Origin: Paraphysomonas bandaiensis | Lineage: Eukaryota > Protista > Chrysophyceae | Direction: 5' to 3' | DNA length: 64,000 nt | Assembly: GCA_965644295.1 (NCBI GenBank) | Contig: CBFFRP010000181.1 | Location: forward strand, 62,001 to 126,000 | Shown: positions 63,421 to 64,000 of the stretch, piece by piece | Layout: every line of letters begins with the position of its first letter | How positions within the stretch are numbered: the first letter of the stretch is position 1 | Translations under genes and position numbers: made by a program | Notes under the pieces: model-generated | Seen by the model: only the letters and a program-made list of their open reading frames with translations | Databases searched by the model: none | Told to the model about the DNA's origin: nothing

Positions 63421-64000
63421 CTATTCGAACAATCTTTCTGCCTTCATTGGAGATGTATCCACTCTATAATTCACTTCCTCTGTGTCCCCTTCAGCGCGGC
63501 GCACATTAGCTGCCCTTGCATACACCTGCTTACCTCCCTCTTCATATGAAGCTGGCGGTGGGATTTCGTACGCATAGTAGGGGGGTTTGAGCAAAATAAT
63601 AAGAGCAGATAAATTGTCCGTGCTTCCCTTCCGAAGGCATTCAGCAAGAAGCGCGTCCGTGGCTTCTGCAGCAGCCTGCTGCAACTCTTCGTCGGAAGCA
63701 TTCTTATACAGCCCTACATACAGTTACAAAGGTAGTTGATATCGTGGACTCAAATACTCCATACACGTATTATGTCACTGCTATCTAATACGACATTAAA
63801 TACGTATTATACCAAGAGTATATATGCTCAGCGATTTCTAAAGCAGTATGTATTGTTCCAATAGTACACGTACCTAACCACGTAGACTCTCCAGACGAAA
63901 ATGCAGAGGGGACGCAGTCCGTGGTGGTACTGTGGGCGCTAATGTACCCCATGCGCACTGCCACAAACTCCACCGCTTCGTCGTTACTCATAACATCCCA
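63421..64000 (-). CDS. PP2C (PPM) phosphatase, C-terminal exons (gene continues beyond the window)
   Basis: WDVMSNDEAVEFV and CLRKGSTDNLSALIILL are PP2C motifs 8 and 11. Confidence 0.85.

Overview
This is eukaryotic nuclear DNA, AT-rich and gene-dense, with many short (~45-100 nt) GT-AG introns and the standard code. Gene content (PS-repeat/REJ surface protein, EukCat-like channel, CryptonS-like element) suggests a stramenopile, probably a chrysophyte-like ochrophyte; that assignment is inference. The ORF track splits most genes, so exon models were rebuilt by hand. About 20 protein genes were found: a WD40 protein, CCCH-ZnF/methyltransferase, eIF5, a Trk/HKT transporter, a two-repeat Ca/Na channel with EF-hands, a secreted Xaa-Pro peptidase, a Frizzled-CRD protein, a ~3,000-aa Kelch/NHL/REJ surface protein, MAPK15/ERK7, ICMT/PEMT, an endosulfine-like microgene, a PhlG-like hydrolase, a cyclin, PP2C and two low-complexity orphans. 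Mobile DNA comprises a Crypton-like tyrosine recombinase, an hAT remnant, an intact 792-bp hAT MITE and a 5'-truncated non-LTR retroelement with two related 3'-end copies. There is also an ALDH pseudogene. The best candidate for a new system is a head-to-head pair at 55.9-60.3 kb: a circularly permuted ATP-grasp amide ligase and an SPX (phosphate/InsP sensor)-AstE/AspA zinc amidase fusion, a possible phosphate-regulated make/break module for a peptide or polyamide. The eIF5 locus also carries a hidden intronic H/ACA-like RNA and a poor-context uORF. No database searches were run; all family calls come from motif recognition.
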